Below are positions 62,958 to 64,000 of a stretch of 64,000 nt of DNA, piece by piece; the first letter of the stretch is position 1; each line of letters begins with the position of its first letter. This stretch comes from Acidimicrobiales bacterium. GTDB lineage: Bacteria; Actinomycetota; Acidimicrobiia; Acidimicrobiales; Aldehydirespiratoraceae. A program made the translations under genes and the position numbers. The notes beneath the pieces are model-generated. The model searched no databases. It saw only the letters and a list, made by a program, of their open reading frames with translations, and had not been told where the DNA came from. Location of the stretch: positions 16,738 to 80,737 of the forward strand of contig JBMTIM010000001.1 in assembly GCA_049437325.1 (NCBI GenBank), read 5' to 3'.

Positions 62958-63077
62958 TGTCTCCGGTCAGTGTAGGCAACGCAATGCGACTGCGCAGCCC
63001 ACCTGGCACAGTCGAGGCCACGCGAACTGTTGTGATCACTCAGCGGATAGTCAGATACCGACCGGAGAGCGGATGGA

Positions 63078-64000
63078 TCACCGGGCAGCTGCTGCCGCAG
63101 CATCGACGAGCTGATCGACCTGCGCTTCGGTGCTGACGAGCGGCGGACAGAACCCAATCGAGCCAGCCATCGGCCGCACGATCACCCCGTGGTCGAGCGC
63201 CCGCCATCGCACACCGATGGGGTCTTGGTCGTCGTGGGTGACCAACGCATAGACGAAACCATCACCTCGCAGTTCGGCGTAGAGACCGTCATCGGCCAAG
63301 GTCTGGAGGCCCTCTCGGAGTCGGGCGCCGAGCACCCTGGCGCGTTCCAAAAGCCCCTCTTCCTCGGTGACCTCGATGCAGGCCAGAGCTGCAGCACAGG
63401 CGGTCTGGTGACCCGAGTAGGTGAAGCCGTGATTGAGCTTCCATTCCGGATTGTTCTCGAGCATGCCGAGCGCTTGCTCACCGACGATCACACCGCTGAG
63501 CGGCACATACCCGGAGGTCACCGCCTTGGCGAATGTGACCATGTCGGGCTCGATGCCGTAGTGCTGCGCGCCGAACCATTGACCCAGACGGCCGAAGCCA
63601 CAGATGACCTCGTCACTGATGTACAGCGCACCGTGTTCGGAGCAGAGCCGACGAATCGCTTCGAGATATCCCGGTGCGGGCGGAATGACTCCACCGGCAC
63701 CCTGCAATGGTTCGGCAATCACAGCAGCGATACGAGCGCCGTGCTCGGCAAACACCGTGGCGAGCGCCTCGATGTCATTGCCGGGCACATGGACATGATC
63801 CGGTACCAGACCGCCCCAGCCCTCGCGATACACCTCGAATCCCTGGGCCGACGTGCCGCCGTAGTTCGTGCCGTGATAGCCGTTCGAGCGAGAGATCACG
63901 ATCGTCTTGTCCGGGTGGCCCGCCTGCACCTGGGCGGCCCGTGCCAGTTTGAGGGCTGTGTCGACCGCCTCGGAGCCGGACTGACCGAAGAACACCTTCC
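63078..64000 (-). CDS. Class III (omega) aminotransferase, C-terminal ~305 codons (5' end beyond the window)
   Basis: DEVICGFGRLGQWFG and the PLP-lysine context VTFAKAVTSGYVPLSG. The ORF is open to the window end. Confidence 0.85.
   Translation of the reverse strand, partial: KVFFGQSGSEAVDTALKLARAAQVQAGHPDKTIVISRSNGYHGTNYGGTSAQGFEVYREGWGGLVPDHVHVPGNDIEALATVFAEHGARIAAVIAEPLQGAGGVIPPAPGYLEAIRRLCSEHGALYISDEVICGFGRLGQWFGAQHYGIEPDMVTFAKAVTSGYVPLSGVIVGEQALGMLENNPEWKLNHGFTYSGHQTACAAALACIEVTEEEGLLERARVLGARLREGLQTLADDGLYAELRGDGFVYALVTHDDQDPIGVRWRALDHGVIVRPMAGSIGFCPPLVSTEAQVDQLVDAAAAAAR

Noticed and set aside
62961-63067. A long-range inverted repeat CTCCGGTC / GACCGGAG flanking the region upstream of the riboswitch
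   Set aside because: The arms are 8 bp and about 90 nt apart in GC-rich DNA, which is easily a chance match. No supporting structure or repeat copy occurs elsewhere in the window.
1-64000. CRISPR arrays, IS elements, prophage genes, toxin-antitoxin pairs and known defence systems
   Set aside because: On either strand I noticed no short regularly spaced repeats, no transposase, integrase or phage-structural motifs, and no defence-type domain combinations. The macro domain next to recG and the GGDEF protein look like ordinary housekeeping or signalling genes.

Overview
This is a GC-rich chromosomal segment of actinobacterial type (strong G/C preference at third codon positions; GC not computed). 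It may be Acidimicrobiia-like, but that is only an inference from gene order. I call about 63 features. Roughly 54 are on the minus strand, and many are packed with 1-4 nt start/stop overlaps. All family calls come from reading motifs in the translations; no search or alignment was run.

Layout:
- 1-17.8 kb: a conserved housekeeping block (rimO, CaCA antiporter, ftsK, rnj, dapA, fadB-like, GGDEF cyclase, SURF1, dapB, M16 peptidase, pnp, rpsO).
- 18-32.8 kb: a roughly 15 kb metabolic block. It holds an IclR-controlled operon: DMGDH-type flavoprotein, MttB-family methyltransferase, LLM oxidoreductase, ferredoxin and ferredoxin reductase. It also holds an amidase, a TolB-like lipoprotein, a second DMGDH/SarDH paralog and an F420-type LLM oxidoreductase.
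- 32.8-51.4 kb: a second conserved block (smc, fpg-like, rnc, acpP, plsX, rpmF, yceD, coiled-coil protein, coaD, rsmD, an unlisted 55-aa zinc-ribbon ORF, a sugar-kinase/MFS/FAD-oxidase/SDR cluster, macro domain, recG, DAK2).
- 51.4-64 kb: a small CSD-like ORF, a MetE-like methyltransferase coupled to a stand-alone RAM domain, ATP-type pckA, a DinB/GrpB/PIG-L/CoA-transferase/hydrolase run, a TPP-riboswitch-controlled thiamine ABC transporter and a truncated class III aminotransferase.

I saw no rRNA, tRNA, CRISPR array, IS element, integrase or recognisable defence system.

Most interesting observations:
- An MttB-family methyltransferase operon with no corrinoid partner but with an orphan ferredoxin/ferredoxin-reductase pair.
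- An in-synteny Fpg homolog that has lost its catalytic Pro, a key Lys and three of four zinc-finger Cys.
- An SMC whose Walker A reads VPNCSGKS instead of GPNGSGKS.
- A PNPase with an acidic + RGG tail.
- Two conserved genes (rnc and the MetE-like gene) whose homology starts upstream of any canonical start codon.
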